Of a stretch of DNA of 64,000 nucleotides, positions 1 to 11,370 are shown piece by piece. Each line of letters begins with the position of its first letter. Position 1 is the first letter of the stretch. The position numbers and the translations under genes are program-made. The notes beneath the pieces were generated by a model. It saw only the letters and a program-made list of their open reading frames with translations, made no database searches and was not told where the DNA came from. The stretch comes from Savitreella phatthalungensis (lineage: Eukaryota), in the NCBI GenBank assembly GCA_051599415.1, contig AP039697.1:186001-250000 (forward strand), written 5' to 3'.

Positions 1-579
1 CTCAAGACCTAAAAGTCCGCCACCAACGACGATAGCCTCTCTCGGCTTTTCGAGGCTGTTGGCGTACTCAATCATCTCCTCGAGGTCACCGATTGTGCGG
101 TAGACGAAAACACCCTTGGCATCGTGGCCGCGGATCTGCTTTGGCCAGACTGCATGTGAGCCTGTTGCAAGGATACAAACATCGTACGGATACGCTCCCT
201 CGCGAGTGTAGACAAGTCTTTGTGTACGGTCGATGCGTATGACGGGTGATGAGGTGCGGTATGTGAACTTTTGAACATCAGCCTGGCGGTACCACTCTTC
301 CGGATTCAGATAGAGGGATTCAACTGAGCGATGCTCGAAGAACGATGTGAGACCGACGCGATTGTATGCGACGTGCTTCTCCTCGCCAAGGACTATTACC
401 TGGTATCTGTTCTGCTGACTGTCACGTTCGAGCAGCTTCTCGACAAACGCGATACCGACCATGCCGAGGCCAACGACAACGATCTTGGTGGCATGAATTG
501 GATTGATCAGGGGTGTTGTTGGACGATTCGCATGATCTGCGATGTGTGAAAGGGAGTCCTGGTCATACAATGGCGCCAT
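1..579 (-). CDS. niiA: NAD(P)H-dependent assimilatory nitrite reductase, N-terminal 193 codons (runs off the left edge)
   Basis: Not in the ORF track because there is no stop in the window. Manual translation from ATG 579: MAPLYDQ...KIVVVGLGMVGIAFVEKLL...GEEKHVAYNRVGLTSFFEHR...YDVCILATGS...GVFVYRTIGDL...VVGGGLLGLE. These are the FAD- and NAD-binding motifs of fungal nitrite reductase. Confidence 0.93.
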   Translation of the reverse strand, partial: MAPLYDQDSLSHIADHANRPTTPLINPIHATKIVVVGLGMVGIAFVEKLLERDSQQNRYQVIVLGEEKHVAYNRVGLTSFFEHRSVESLYLNPEEWYRQADVQKFTYRTSSPVIRIDRTQRLVYTREGAYPYDVCILATGSHAVWPKQIRGHDAKGVFVYRTIGDLEEMIEYANSLEKPREAIVVGGGLLGLE

Positions 580-835
580 GACTGCCTACCTTTCTTCTGT
601 GTCTCTGGATCTGTGAATCGATCAAGTCGTCAGAGATGGTAGCGTCGAGTGTTGGAGAAAGAGGTCTCTTGTGGACGTCTTTGTAGATGGTGAAGTGAGA
701 GTGTGTGATCGAGGAGGCAGGTGAGCGAGTGAGAAAGAGAGTTCGAAGAACGAGAAGGATGGATGAGGTTGTTCGAGGTGTGATCGGAGAAGATCGTGAT
801 GACAGTCAGGACAAGATCTCGAACTACAGATCCCT

Positions 836-1536
836 TGATAGGTCAAGGACGCTCGATCGAAGAACAAGTTCTGATCTTTAGCGGTATGATCTCTCGGATA
901 AGACGGGGGATGTCTAGACCTGACCAGGGGATCTCCACACTATGATTGTCAGAACTCAAGGCTGCTGCTCCTGCTTTCTTTTCGGCAGCCTCGGGAGAAG
1001 GTGGAGATGGAGGATGAGTACGACATTAGGGATCTAATCTCCCTGCTGTAATGTGATGATGGGTGTATGGATCACACACCAGTTGGCAGGTGGTGGAGTA
1101 CGTCGGAGTGTTTATCACAGTGGCGCTCATCCTGGAACTGTGCCGATGTCTGTCTGTGGACCGTGGACCGTGGACATTGAGCACAAGAACTGACTCTGGT
1201 ATGGTTGAAGCAATGAGAGGATTGATCTCCGACGCCAATCTTGTCAAGTGGCGTTCTGAAGCGTTCAGGCTCTTGCTGGCTGGCTGTCTGGCTGACTGGC
1301 TATCAGGCAAGTTCTTTGGCGTGGTTGTGCAGGTGTATCTGTTGATAGACGGGTTCCAAGCTGATAAGGGATATCGTATCATGATACGGTTGATAAAAGT
1401 TTTAGTAGGTGTAGTGGGTTTGATCAGATGATATGGATTGATTGATATTCAGACGTACATATGTATACTTAAGAGCATGTGAAAGCTTATCAGTGATCAA
1501 TCTCGTTTCAGAAATGTTTATCTAGCAAATTGATAG
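836..1536. promoter_or_regulatory. Cluster of GATA (HGATAR-like) sites upstream of nitrite reductase; putative AreA/Nit2/Gaf1-type nitrogen control region
   Basis: Sites at about 836, 897, 1112 (rc), 1343, 1362, 1391, 1486 (rc), 1518 (rc) and 1531. GATA-factor control of nitrate assimilation genes is established in ascomycetes. Confidence 0.5.
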
Positions 1537-3122
1537 ATCAATCAATTTCTACGGAGTAAAGATCAAATTCTGAACCTGTCATACAACTCAATTGTAAAAG
1601 ATCTTTTCAGGGCTTTCCAGCTTGAATAGAAGATGAAACTCACTCTAGACAATCAATCAATCAATCCCTGACGTTGGGAGTTTTTCCCTTTACACAGCCT
1701 CCGAGATCTGTTTCAGTTACAGGTCAATTTGGCCAATCAAAGAGCCCAAATTCATTATACCTATCGAATGCCTATCTTTCTCACACGACCATGCACTCTG
1801 CCTGATACACAGCCCGGCAATCTCGGCAACATCAATACACAAAAGTCAACAGTCTGATGGCACAATCGACTTCTACCTCCGAAAGCTAGCAGAAGTGAGT
1901 TCAGTGAAGGAGCCAGTACAGACTTTGGCATAGAACTCAGTAAGTGGATCTTCAACAATCGATCGCGCTGGCTCAGTGAATGAATCTTTGCCATAGGCCT
2001 CCAGTTATGGAGGCAGTCGTGTTTCAGAGGATGAATAGCGTCATTTGATCACCACCTTGACATCCTCATCTGCGCTCGAAATGATCTCGGCTTTGTTACT
2101 AGCGCACGTGCACCTCTTTACATACAGTAATAGTGTTCAGTTGAACAGGCACACTGTCCCTTGTCTTTGATCCAGCCATAACAAAAGCCTTGATCGTGGG
2201 TGACAAGAGGTCGAGCTCCCATTCCCCCGAATGATCGTGAGAGCAAGCTGTGGACACGACTTGCTCTGCACACCGCGGACACCAGAAAGACGAGTCAATC
2301 GCAGCTTCATGGGACGCCGTGCCCATCCTTTTGCATCTAGGACTCTGGGTCAATACCCATACAAGTGGATCACAGTTGTGGTGGAGTCGGCTTCCGGGAT
2401 GCACATACGCTTTTATCTACCTACTTATTCATGCGCGTATATGATGTTCATGAAACGCTCGAACCACGCTGAAAAAACGTCGGCCTATCCCATACCGTTC
2501 GACGCGGACGGGACACGTTAGAGCTCGTCAGAATTGTGAAAATGGTCGCGTCGATGGAGAGAACTTGACTAGCACTGCCTTACGATTTCTGTGTGACCGT
2601 ACTGCTCTGACTACCTCAAGTCGATATCCCTTTCAGACCTCGAAAGACGTGTCATGGAAAACCAGATCGATATTTCGCCACAGCGATCGACAGTCCTCAC
2701 GTGCTCTACGCCACGACTAAGCCGCCGCCTCACTTCTATAGAATTATTGATCGGACGAAGACAAAAACTGCTTTGCTTAAAAGCTGGAGAGAAGGAAAAC
2801 ATTGGAACAACTCACGCCATATCTGGAGCAGGACAAAATGTTACAAGCACGTGTCTTCATTCAGCGATCGATCGAAAAAGTTGGTAGGTGACAGTCCACG
2901 TCGCCAGGGCCAGGGCCACAGACTACCAGCACTAGCAACTAGCAACGGCACAGCACAGCACAGTGTAGCAGTGCGCGACGTAGCACGCCAGCTCACCTCT
3001 GTCGAGCACGTACGCGTCGACCGAGCTGCCGGTGTACACGCGTACGAGCCCACCAACCCGTGTCGACTTACTTGACGAGCCAGATCTTTTTCTTTCTTGT
3101 CATACACCACACATCACACATC

Positions 3123-3833
3123 ATGGGTTTCGATTTCTCCAACGGTGACCTTTCTTCACTTGAGTCTTTCCTCAAGACCCGATCGTACATTGACGGACAC
3201 GAGCCTTCGCAGGCAGACGTGTCTGTGTACAAGGACGTCAAGTCTGCACCTGATGCATCCAAGTACCCGAACTCTGCCCGGTGGTACTCCCACGTGACAT
3301 CGTACGAGTCTGAGCACGGAACCTTGCCAGGAGACGCATCCCGCTCTGGATCATCGTACGGCCCTGACTCTGTGCCGACTGCAGTGAAGGTTGAGCAGGC
3401 AAAGGACACGACGTCCAAGGACGCAAAGGGCGAAGAGGAGGAGGACATTGACCTGTTTGGCTCTGACGATGACGAGGAGGAGGACCCTGAGGCTGTTGCG
3501 CTGCGTGAGAAGCGTCTGGCCGAGTACAACGCAAAGAAGGCGGCCAAGGGACCGAAGCCCGCTGCAAAGTCGATCGTCACCCTCGACGTCAAGCCGTGGG
3601 ACGACGAGACCGACCTGAAGGAGCTCGAGGATGGTGTGCGTGCCATCACCATGGACGGCCTCACCATCGGTGGATCGACCAGAGTCCCACTCGCCTTCGG
3701 ACTTTCCTGTGTCCGTTTCAACCTCGTCGTCGAAGACGAGAAGGTCTCCATCGACGAGCTCCAGGAGATGATCCAGAACGACCTCGAGGACTTTGTCCAG
3801 TCCACCGACGTTGCTGCCATGCAGAAGCTCTAA
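3123..3833 (+). CDS. EFB1: Translation elongation factor 1-beta (eEF1B-alpha), intronless
   Basis: MGFDFS start; motifs SYIDG..PSQAD, RWYSH, DIDLFGSDD, AKSIVTLDVKPWDDETDL, VQSTDVAAMQKL. Confidence 0.97.
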   Translation: MGFDFSNGDLSSLESFLKTRSYIDGHEPSQADVSVYKDVKSAPDASKYPNSARWYSHVTSYESEHGTLPGDASRSGSSYGPDSVPTAVKVEQAKDTTSKDAKGEEEEDIDLFGSDDDEEEDPEAVALREKRLAEYNAKKAAKGPKPAAKSIVTLDVKPWDDETDLKELEDGVRAITMDGLTIGGSTRVPLAFGLSCVRFNLVVEDEKVSIDELQEMIQNDLEDFVQSTDVAAMQKL

Positions 3834-4300
3834 GCGATAGATCTTATCCGTCTCTCTCCCCCCCATAGTCAAGTCATAGATGAAATGGATCTTGAGCTCT
3901 CTCTACTACCTGTCCTTGATGTGCGTATATGTGGATTGAATGCTGGACCACCCCTGTTCTGTGCATCCATCTCGTTGGATATGCTATTTGGGAGGCAACT
4001 CCGGCAGTCGGTTGAATTGACTCTGAATTTTCCATTCCTTACATGCATGGGAAATTTCAACTCGAAACATTATCTAGCCTGCTGCATGGTTGACAGCTGT
4101 CAGGTGTAACACATGGCCAAAGTGCTCTCCTGAGTGAGATTACTCTCCTTCTTGCTCACTCACGGGGCACGGGTAAGCGACGACGTCATACCACAGGGTG
4201 CCCATCCACATGCCCACAGAGAGAAAATAAATTCAACCCCACCACCCACACACAGGGGTCATCGACCAGTGGAGGGAAGGCATAGGCAGCAAAGGCGAAG

Positions 4301-6283
4301 ATGTTCCGGAACATCTTCCCATCGGCGCCGGTGCCGCGGGGCAAGGGTCCGAAGCATGATGGCAGGAACGCGAGCGCTCCAGAGAATCCGCGGAAACCTA
4401 AAACGCGACCTCCCCGATCGCTGCGTGACAAGATTCTGAAGTCCCTGCCGATGCCGAGCGGTCCCTACAGCGTCGGCAGCATCGACCTCGAGATTCCTGT
4501 GGAGCGGCGTGACTTTGGTGCCGATCACCGCGTTGGGCCTGACGTCCTTGTGGCTGAGACTGTGCTGATGACGATCTTCTACCCGATCGCGGTTGGTTCT
4601 GGTGGTGCAGTTGCGCCTGATGGTCGGGCGCACTGGTCTCGGATGACGTGGTTGAGCCGTGATCGTGCGTCGACTGCGCGCGGGTACGGTGACTTTGGTG
4701 GTGTGAACAAGTTGTTTGCGCAGACGTTCTTTCTGAGCACGGTCGGGTTGACGAAGCTGCCTGCGTGGCGGAACGCTCAACTGGCGATGCACTACCCTCG
4801 CGACACCGCCCGCTCACACGAGGGGGCGCCCATCTTCCCACTCATCCTCTTCTCCCACGGACTCGGCGGGACGAGGACGACGTACAGCTCGATCGTCACG
4901 GAGTATGCCTCCAATGGCTGGGTGTGTGTGTGCGTCGAGCACCGTGACGGCAGCGGTCCACGCACATTCGTCAACTACCCTCGCGCCTCACACAGGCCCC
5001 CTCGCAAGGTAGACTACGTCGAACCCTACGACCGAGACGGTCTCAACGACACCGCCAACGAGATCGCCACCGACCGCGACCTCCGCGACGCTCAGCTCGC
5101 GATGAGGAAGTACGAACTCGAGTGCGCGTACAACGTTCTTTGCAGGATCAACGACGGCGATGGCCACACCGTTGCAGAAGAGAACACCCGTTACAAGCCG
5201 AGCAAGAAACAATCACGAACGCCGACGCCAACTGCCTCACGTCCAGATGATCGCAACCGTGCACGCGTCCGCAGGCAGTCAAGTTTACGGAGTCTCGGCG
5301 ACGCTGCTGGAGACGTGGTTGATGCGATTGTGGGTGGGACGTCTCGGGGGACGATTGGTGTTGATTGGGGTAGTTGGGTTGGACGGTTGCAGATTGACAA
5401 TGTGGCGATGGTGGGTCACTCGTTTGGTGGTGCGACGGCGTACTCTGTGTGCCGAACGCCTGGGATGCTGTCATACGTGACGTGTGGGATCCTGCTGGAT
5501 ACTTGGGGCCAGGGGATTGCGCCGAACCCGCTGGCGGATGAGCAGTTGCACCCGGGCGTGCCGCTGCTGGTCATCGGCAGCGAGTCTTTCCTCTGGTGGG
5601 ACGAGAACACGCGGATCATGGAGGCCGTGAGCGCGGATGCGATCAACGCAGGACAGCTATGTTGGACCTGCACCATTAGAGGCAGCTTCCACCTCAGCTT
5701 CTCAGACTTCTGCCCACTCTGGCCACACCTCTCACGCATCCTCTTCAGCACCAAAGTCGACGCCCGTCGCTGCATCGATCTCGTCACGAACCTCTCCATG
5801 GAGTTTTTCAAGACGATCATGCCAAAGGAGATCGCCAGGTATATCGACCTGGCGGACGAGGACGCAGGACTCCTGAGCACACAGGTGTCTGAGGCCTGGA
5901 AGAACGTGAAGGGAAAACGGAACGCATGGCGGAAGAAGATGCAGCGTGCCGCAAAGGAGGCTGAGCGCGAGGCTAAGAAGGCTGCGGCTGATGCTGGTGG
6001 TGGTGATGGAGACAATGCATCGCCTGAACGGGGAGGTGATGATGGTAAGGGGGTGGAACAAATTGCGGGCAGGTCATCTGAGATCTGGATGCATGTGTCG
6101 CCATTCACCAAGGAAGAGTCAAACCTCTCAGCTGACGGGTGCACACCGTTCCAGTCAGACGCTCACAGCGACACACAGCGAGCCATCAAGCGCAATGCTC
6201 TCCCCGAGTCTCTCAGGAGAGCTCATCATCAAGGCACTCACGCGGCAGGAGATTCGCCAGTGAGCGTGGCGGCGCCCGTCTAG
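4301..6283 (+). CDS. PAF-acetylhydrolase-family (Plg7-like) phospholipase A2 / serine hydrolase
   Basis: GPYSVG, FPLILFSHGLGG.RTTYS, EHRDGS, nucleophile motif GHSFGG, LLDTW, GSFHLSFSDF; 660 aa. Confidence 0.9.
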   Translation: MFRNIFPSAPVPRGKGPKHDGRNASAPENPRKPKTRPPRSLRDKILKSLPMPSGPYSVGSIDLEIPVERRDFGADHRVGPDVLVAETVLMTIFYPIAVGSGGAVAPDGRAHWSRMTWLSRDRASTARGYGDFGGVNKLFAQTFFLSTVGLTKLPAWRNAQLAMHYPRDTARSHEGAPIFPLILFSHGLGGTRTTYSSIVTEYASNGWVCVCVEHRDGSGPRTFVNYPRASHRPPRKVDYVEPYDRDGLNDTANEIATDRDLRDAQLAMRKYELECAYNVLCRINDGDGHTVAEENTRYKPSKKQSRTPTPTASRPDDRNRARVRRQSSLRSLGDAAGDVVDAIVGGTSRGTIGVDWGSWVGRLQIDNVAMVGHSFGGATAYSVCRTPGMLSYVTCGILLDTWGQGIAPNPLADEQLHPGVPLLVIGSESFLWWDENTRIMEAVSADAINAGQLCWTCTIRGSFHLSFSDFCPLWPHLSRILFSTKVDARRCIDLVTNLSMEFFKTIMPKEIARYIDLADEDAGLLSTQVSEAWKNVKGKRNAWRKKMQRAAKEAEREAKKAAADAGGGDGDNASPERGGDDGKGVEQIAGRSSEIWMHVSPFTKEESNLSADGCTPFQSDAHSDTQRAIKRNALPESLRRAHHQGTHAAGDSPVSVAAPV

Positions 6284-6347
6284 AGTCGCCTCCGTCACGT
6301 CGTGTACATACATGTAGAGCTGAGTAGTTATAGAACGCATTTTTACG

Positions 6348-7370
6348 CTACACGATGTAGGTGGCAGAAGCTTGGCCGTGCCAGTAGTTCGGGGAGGTAG
6401 CTTTGACTGCTAGCCAAGCTTTGTCAAGGGTGTCTAGGATGTTTTGCGGAAGCGGTCCTCCTTCGAGTGCTTTGAGGTTTGCCTGGAGTTGGTCATTTGA
6501 GGATGCTCCGAGGATGATGCCATCGTTGCCTGAAGGTTTGACTCCCCTGATGTTCAGGGCGGAGTGGTGGAGGAGCCAGCGGAGTGCGATATCGACGACG
6601 GGAATCCCACTTTCGTCACTCGCCCGACGGACCATCTCAAGCGCGGAGAACGTGCCCTCCCTGAAGTACCGTTGCCGATACATATCGCCCTGACGGCCCG
6701 ATCCAAACCTGCCGTCGTCCGGGATCGTGTCGATGGTGAAAACACGATTAGTCAGGAGTCCACCGGCGATCGGATTGTAGACGACGATGTCGAGGCTGTA
6801 CTTCCTGCAGGCGACGACGAGTTCGGGCTCGATGGCACGGGTGATGGCGTTGTACATGCCCTGATAGAGCGTCGGTCTCACCCATCCCTTCTCTCTGCAG
6901 AGAATGCTGACTTCGGCCACTTGCCAGGCAGTGAAGTTCGACAGCGCAAATGTCTTGAACTTACCCTCACGGTGAAGCTTGTCGATCTCGGCCAGGGTCG
7001 GCTCAAAGTCCTTACCCCAGCAGGGGGCGTGCAGGTAGAAGATGTCTGGTGTGTCGCCAAGCGTGCTGATCGACGTTTCCAGGAGGGCACGTAGGTTCGC
7101 TGGGTCGTGCTCGTCCCCTTTCATCGGGTACACTTTCGTTGCCAATGTGAACCCAAACTCCGTCTTCCATCCAACCTCCTTCAAGTATCGCTCGGTCTCA
7201 CCCTCGCAGTACACGCGGGCAGTATCAATCTCATCATATCCATGAGACGCAAATGTCGTCAGAATCTCCTTCGCTCCGTCAACAGTGTATGTGCGAGCGC
7301 CAGACTTGCCTTCGGGACCGAGCGTCATTGTCCCGAAGATGATTCGCTTGTGTCGGTTGCTTCCGGCCAT
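6348..7370 (-). CDS. Aldo-keto reductase (AKR7 / aflatoxin aldehyde reductase-like)
   Basis: GTMTLG, IDTARVY, LATKVYP, DIFYLHAP, LSNFTAW, YQGMYNAITR, YNPIAGGLL. Confidence 0.92.
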   Translation of the reverse strand: MAGSNRHKRIIFGTMTLGPEGKSGARTYTVDGAKEILTTFASHGYDEIDTARVYCEGETERYLKEVGWKTEFGFTLATKVYPMKGDEHDPANLRALLETSISTLGDTPDIFYLHAPCWGKDFEPTLAEIDKLHREGKFKTFALSNFTAWQVAEVSILCREKGWVRPTLYQGMYNAITRAIEPELVVACRKYSLDIVVYNPIAGGLLTNRVFTIDTIPDDGRFGSGRQGDMYRQRYFREGTFSALEMVRRASDESGIPVVDIALRWLLHHSALNIRGVKPSGNDGIILGASSNDQLQANLKALEGGPLPQNILDTLDKAWLAVKATSPNYWHGQASATYIV

Positions 7371-7627
7371 CTTTACTACCTGCAGGAACTTCGACCGAGT
7401 AGACTGAATGTCCAGGAGCTTTTCTCTCTCGCGATGTTGACCCTGATGAGTAGGGGACGTGCGAGATGGGCGGAAGTTGTAGATTCTGCGGGCTTAAATT
7501 GCCGATGTGTAACTGGCCACATTATCCGGGGAAATTTGTGGAGTGGATGGTGGGATGCACGGACGAAGCAAAGTCTTAGAAGAGAAACGCCTAGCTCGCT
7601 TGGACTCGTCGCTGTGGTCGAGTAGGG

Positions 7628-8500
7628 ATGAAGCTGGGTCGCTTAGTCTGTCGATGTGGAAGGCTGCGCCGGAGCTACGCTTCTATCAGGGAGATCTCTC
7701 GAAAGGAGCTGGAGGCCGTGCTGCCAGGGGAGCCTGTGGTTTGCCGGCAGGCGTATAAAGATCTGCCAGCCGGTCGGTGGTGTGATGATGGGTTTCAACG
7801 ACTGCGTGAGGTATGCTCTGATGACGTGATGGTACCTGTGGAGCTTTCCACTGGCGGAGGAACGTACGCCGGAGGTACAGGCGACGGGAGTGGCTCGTTC
7901 GAGAGGGCTGAGTTTCCGCTAAGCCATTTTCTGAGCTACCTCGACGCTCGGCGCCGGGCTCCGCACACATCACAGACTGCTACAATCCAGGCGTACCTGG
8001 CCCAGCATGATCTCTTCACAGCGTTGCCGCAGCTTTACGAGGAGGATGTGTGCGATCCGTCGTTCGTGCGGGAGCGGAGTAGTCGTGGATTGAGGGTGCC
8101 TGAGTTGGTAGTGGGGGCGAAAGGGAGTCTAGGTGACTTGTATAACATCAACGTGTGGATCGGGCTGGACTCACACACGCCTTTGCACAACGACCCATAT
8201 CACAATGCGTACCTGCAGGTATGCGGCCGTAAGCGCGTCATCACATACCCCGGAACGTGCAAGGACGGCCTGAAATTTCACCGGGATGGATCGACCTTGC
8301 GCAATACGAGCACCCTGAAGGACGCTTTCGACGAGGTTGCACTGGCACAGATGGGCGTGACCGAGGAGATTCTAGCACAGGGTAAAATCACGGAATTGTC
8401 GTCAGGGGACATGCTATACATGCCCCGGGGCACCCTTCACAGCTTCCGGAGCGATGATCCGCGTGCTGCCTCAGCTTCTGTCAATTGGTGGTTCTTGTAG
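7628..8500 (+). CDS. JmjC / cupin-like 2-oxoglutarate-Fe(II) oxygenase
   Basis: YLAQHDLF, NVWIG..TPLHNDPYHN (HxD), QVCGRKR, GDMLYMPRGTLHSFRS (distal His), SVNWW. Confidence 0.88.
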   Translation: MKLGRLVCRCGRLRRSYASIREISRKELEAVLPGEPVVCRQAYKDLPAGRWCDDGFQRLREVCSDDVMVPVELSTGGGTYAGGTGDGSGSFERAEFPLSHFLSYLDARRRAPHTSQTATIQAYLAQHDLFTALPQLYEEDVCDPSFVRERSSRGLRVPELVVGAKGSLGDLYNINVWIGLDSHTPLHNDPYHNAYLQVCGRKRVITYPGTCKDGLKFHRDGSTLRNTSTLKDAFDEVALAQMGVTEEILAQGKITELSSGDMLYMPRGTLHSFRSDDPRAASASVNWWFL

Positions 8501-8554
8501 ATTGTATCTTATCACATCTTATGTACAGCTCGTTAGCCCGTCTACGGGAGATGC

Positions 8555-10021
8555 TCAGGCGAAGTCATACATGACGACGCCAGAGGTGTGACGAAGGATG
8601 ACATTGGTAGATCCGACCTTTAGAATTTGCGGAGCGTTTGCGTCGTCCGGATCAGCGACGACGCCGGCAACCGTGTGCTCTTGTGCTCGGCATGACAGGA
8701 GTTGTGACAGCTGCTGGAGCGATGGCTGGGATGGCTGGTCTGTGAGACGAACACTTGTGGGTGTGCTGCCCGGGGTGGAAGGCCGTATGATGAGGCCTGC
8801 TCTGCCGACGCCGATGTATTTGTCAGTGTCGACACCACACCCCGAGAGCGCCGCTGATGCAGCCAGGACTATCTCGGATCCCGTGACAGCCAGGCTGCCA
8901 CCTTCAGCGTCACTTGAAGTATACGTGTACGCCGTCAAGGTATTGTCATCGTGCGAGGTGAGGATGAGCTCCGGAGTGACGGCGATCCCGGTCCAGCCAG
9001 GTCTCCGTGCTGGGAAGCTAGTATGAACGACCTCAACAGTCTGTCTATTGGCAGTGACACGGATTTGCTGTAGATTGAGATCGCTGTGTAAAAGGCCGTG
9101 AGTCATGAAAATGATGGTCGCGACGCTACAGCCTGAGGCTTGTTGTGTCAAGTGGACAGTACGATCTCCAACAGTATCTCCTCTGAGCGTGTGAAGCAGT
9201 CGCGGAGTCGCGTTTCCAGGTTCCAGCGCATACAGCCGGAATAGTTTGCCTGTGAGTGTAGCGAGGAGGCTGCGACCGCATGCAATGTGATTCGTCGGCT
9301 CTCGTAGCCGATGAATACACTCACAGATTGTCTGATCGCCATGCTCGACTAGCCTGAATATGTCAACCGAATTCGGTGTGCGGGTACACAGTAAGCCGGT
9401 CTCAGGTTCTATCACTTGGACAATGTCGGAGACGCCGTCGCTGACGTCATGAAGATCGATCTTTGTCATGGAGGAGGTCCTGCGATGCTGGATATGCAGA
9501 ACGCATTTGCAACCTTGTTGCTGCGCAGTGACGATGTAGGAATCTGTGACGAAACTGTGCTTGGTCGTATGAGGAACCGGACGGATTGTGCACTTACCAG
9601 AAGCCCAGCGTGCTCTGACACGATACCGGAGCTTCCAGGAAGGTGCATGAGAGCGTGCGAGATCGCGGGTGGAGATGTGTCCAAGCGCTCTCCAGGGGAC
9701 GCTTGCGTGACTTTCACCGTTTTCGGGAGCACCGACGGCGCGCCGACGTGCGGCGCAGGCAGAGACTAGCGCGCTCGTGGCAAAGTCGCGCTCGAACAGC
9801 ACCTTCCACAAGACTGGTTCTGTCGCAAGCGCATCCCATCTGCGGCTGACCAGCTGAGCGCGAGCAAGCGCCTTTGCTGGTAGGTGAGACATGACCTGGA
9901 GGAGTATCTCATCGCTCAGCAGCTGAATGCAGGAGCGCTGATGACAATCATGAGGTGATGTAGAACGCCGGAAGCGCTTAGAATGTGACACCTGCTCGTC
10001 GTCCTCGTGTGAGCGCTTCAT
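8555..10021 (-). CDS. F-box protein with probable degenerate beta-propeller C-terminus
   Basis: F-box LSDEILLQVMSHL..KALARAQLVSRRW..LATEPVLWK; WKLRYRVRARWASGKC helix typical of F-box/WD proteins. Confidence 0.82.
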   Translation of the reverse strand: MKRSHEDDEQVSHSKRFRRSTSPHDCHQRSCIQLLSDEILLQVMSHLPAKALARAQLVSRRWDALATEPVLWKVLFERDFATSALVSACAARRRAVGAPENGESHASVPWRALGHISTRDLARSHAPSWKLRYRVRARWASGKCTIRPVPHTTKHSFVTDSYIVTAQQQGCKCVLHIQHRRTSSMTKIDLHDVSDGVSDIVQVIEPETGLLCTRTPNSVDIFRLVEHGDQTICECIHRLREPTNHIACGRSLLATLTGKLFRLYALEPGNATPRLLHTLRGDTVGDRTVHLTQQASGCSVATIIFMTHGLLHSDLNLQQIRVTANRQTVEVVHTSFPARRPGWTGIAVTPELILTSHDDNTLTAYTYTSSDAEGGSLAVTGSEIVLAASAALSGCGVDTDKYIGVGRAGLIIRPSTPGSTPTSVRLTDQPSQPSLQQLSQLLSCRAQEHTVAGVVADPDDANAPQILKVGSTNVILRHTSGVVMYDFA

Positions 10022-10417
10022 CCTGACTTGCGTAGCATGAAACCTGAGACTCTTATAGCCGTCGGAAGGGCAGAGACCGCTTCATTCGCTCAGGGACAAA
10101 ATGGAGATACGGAGTTCTTGTGTAACCAGGAAGCTACGCACGCACGTAAGATCACATGTTCATATTTTCAAACATGTGATCAGAGATGTCGAAGTTGAAA
10201 ATTCAAAATACACGTGACCGAGAACGACTACATTGTGGCCAGGCTTTGACAAGCATATGGCAGTACAAGGCGTTCGTGAAGTCCTGGAGAATCTAGTCAT
10301 CTCTTGGGCTGATGGCATAAGATCCAGTCATCAGCTCATTTCTATGGTATTATAGGAGACCCGGAAGCTTTGTTTTAGTGTATGGTACAGTGATTGGTGG
10401 AGCCAAGAGACATTTCC

Positions 10418-11290
10418 TCACTCCCGAGTAAGCTCCTCAATCTGGTCTGCATCGAGGTCGAAGAGGTGGAGGATGGTGGCGAGATCACCGAACCTGATTC
10501 TACAGGGTGCTTCTCGCTGGACCTTCTCTTTTGCGTGGATGGCAATGCCGATGCCAGCGGTGTTGAGCATGGGCAGATCATTTGCGCCATCTCCGACAGC
10601 GACGACTTGAGCAATGTCGCACCCGATCTCCTTCTGGATCTGTAGCAGAAGTTCACGCTTGCGCTCGGCATTGACCACGATACCAGAAGTCTCACCGGTG
10701 AGCGTGCGTGTTGCAGGGTCGATGTCGAGCGTGTTGCTGTGCATATCGTGAATACCAAGTTCTTTCTGGACGTATGCAGCTAGAGGCACGAATCCACCAG
10801 AGATGACTGCCATCCGCACACCCATACGGGAGAGTGCGCGGCAAAGGGCACGTGCTCCTGGGGAAAAGGTGATCCGCTCACGGACTTGCTGGAAGACAGT
10901 CTCTGGGAGACCCTTGAGGAGTGCTACGCGGGCTGCAAGGGATGCTGTGAAATCTAGTTCGCCGTTCATGGCTCGACGAGTGATGTCTGACACTTTGTCT
11001 TCGACACCTGCATATGATGCTAGCAGGTCGATGCACTCCTGCTGGATCAGGGTGGAGTCCATGTCGAAAACGACGAAACGCGGGTAGCGGTGATAGACGG
11101 ATTGAGGAAGGACGAGGAGGTCTTCATCTGCGCGTGCAAGTGTAGTCTCACGATCTACTGGTTGAGTTACTGTGTAGCTGATGATGCCGGGAGCCAGGGA
11201 CCTTGTGCTCCCTTGTAAGAGTCCGGGCAAGGTTTGTGATGGTTTTGAGCCGGGTCTAGCGATTGATAAGACCGTCCAACGACCGGTCAT
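10418..11290 (-). CDS. SER2: Phosphoserine phosphatase (HAD family)
   Basis: FDMDSTLI, TRRAMNGELDF..SL..RV, ISGGF, AVGDGANDL. Start placed at the first ATG (MTGRW); the track start is a TTG. Confidence 0.95.
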   Translation of the reverse strand: MTGRWTVLSIARPGSKPSQTLPGLLQGSTRSLAPGIISYTVTQPVDRETTLARADEDLLVLPQSVYHRYPRFVVFDMDSTLIQQECIDLLASYAGVEDKVSDITRRAMNGELDFTASLAARVALLKGLPETVFQQVRERITFSPGARALCRALSRMGVRMAVISGGFVPLAAYVQKELGIHDMHSNTLDIDPATRTLTGETSGIVVNAERKRELLLQIQKEIGCDIAQVVAVGDGANDLPMLNTAGIGIAIHAKEKVQREAPCRIRFGDLATILHLFDLDADQIEELTRE

Positions 11291-11370
11291 GATGGCGTGA
11301 AGTAGGAAGGCGTCAGCTTGAAAGTCTAAATGCAGCAGATAAGCTGACGATGAAGAGTAATTGAGCAAGA

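Noticed and set aside
331..549. 72-aa + strand ORF
   Set aside because: Antisense shadow of the nitrite reductase CDS.
3068..3820. 250-aa antisense ORF over EFB1, and similar long shadows such as 54799-55509, 46245-47006 and 5416-6144
   Set aside because: Explained by codon bias and GC content of the real gene on the opposite strand; no motifs.
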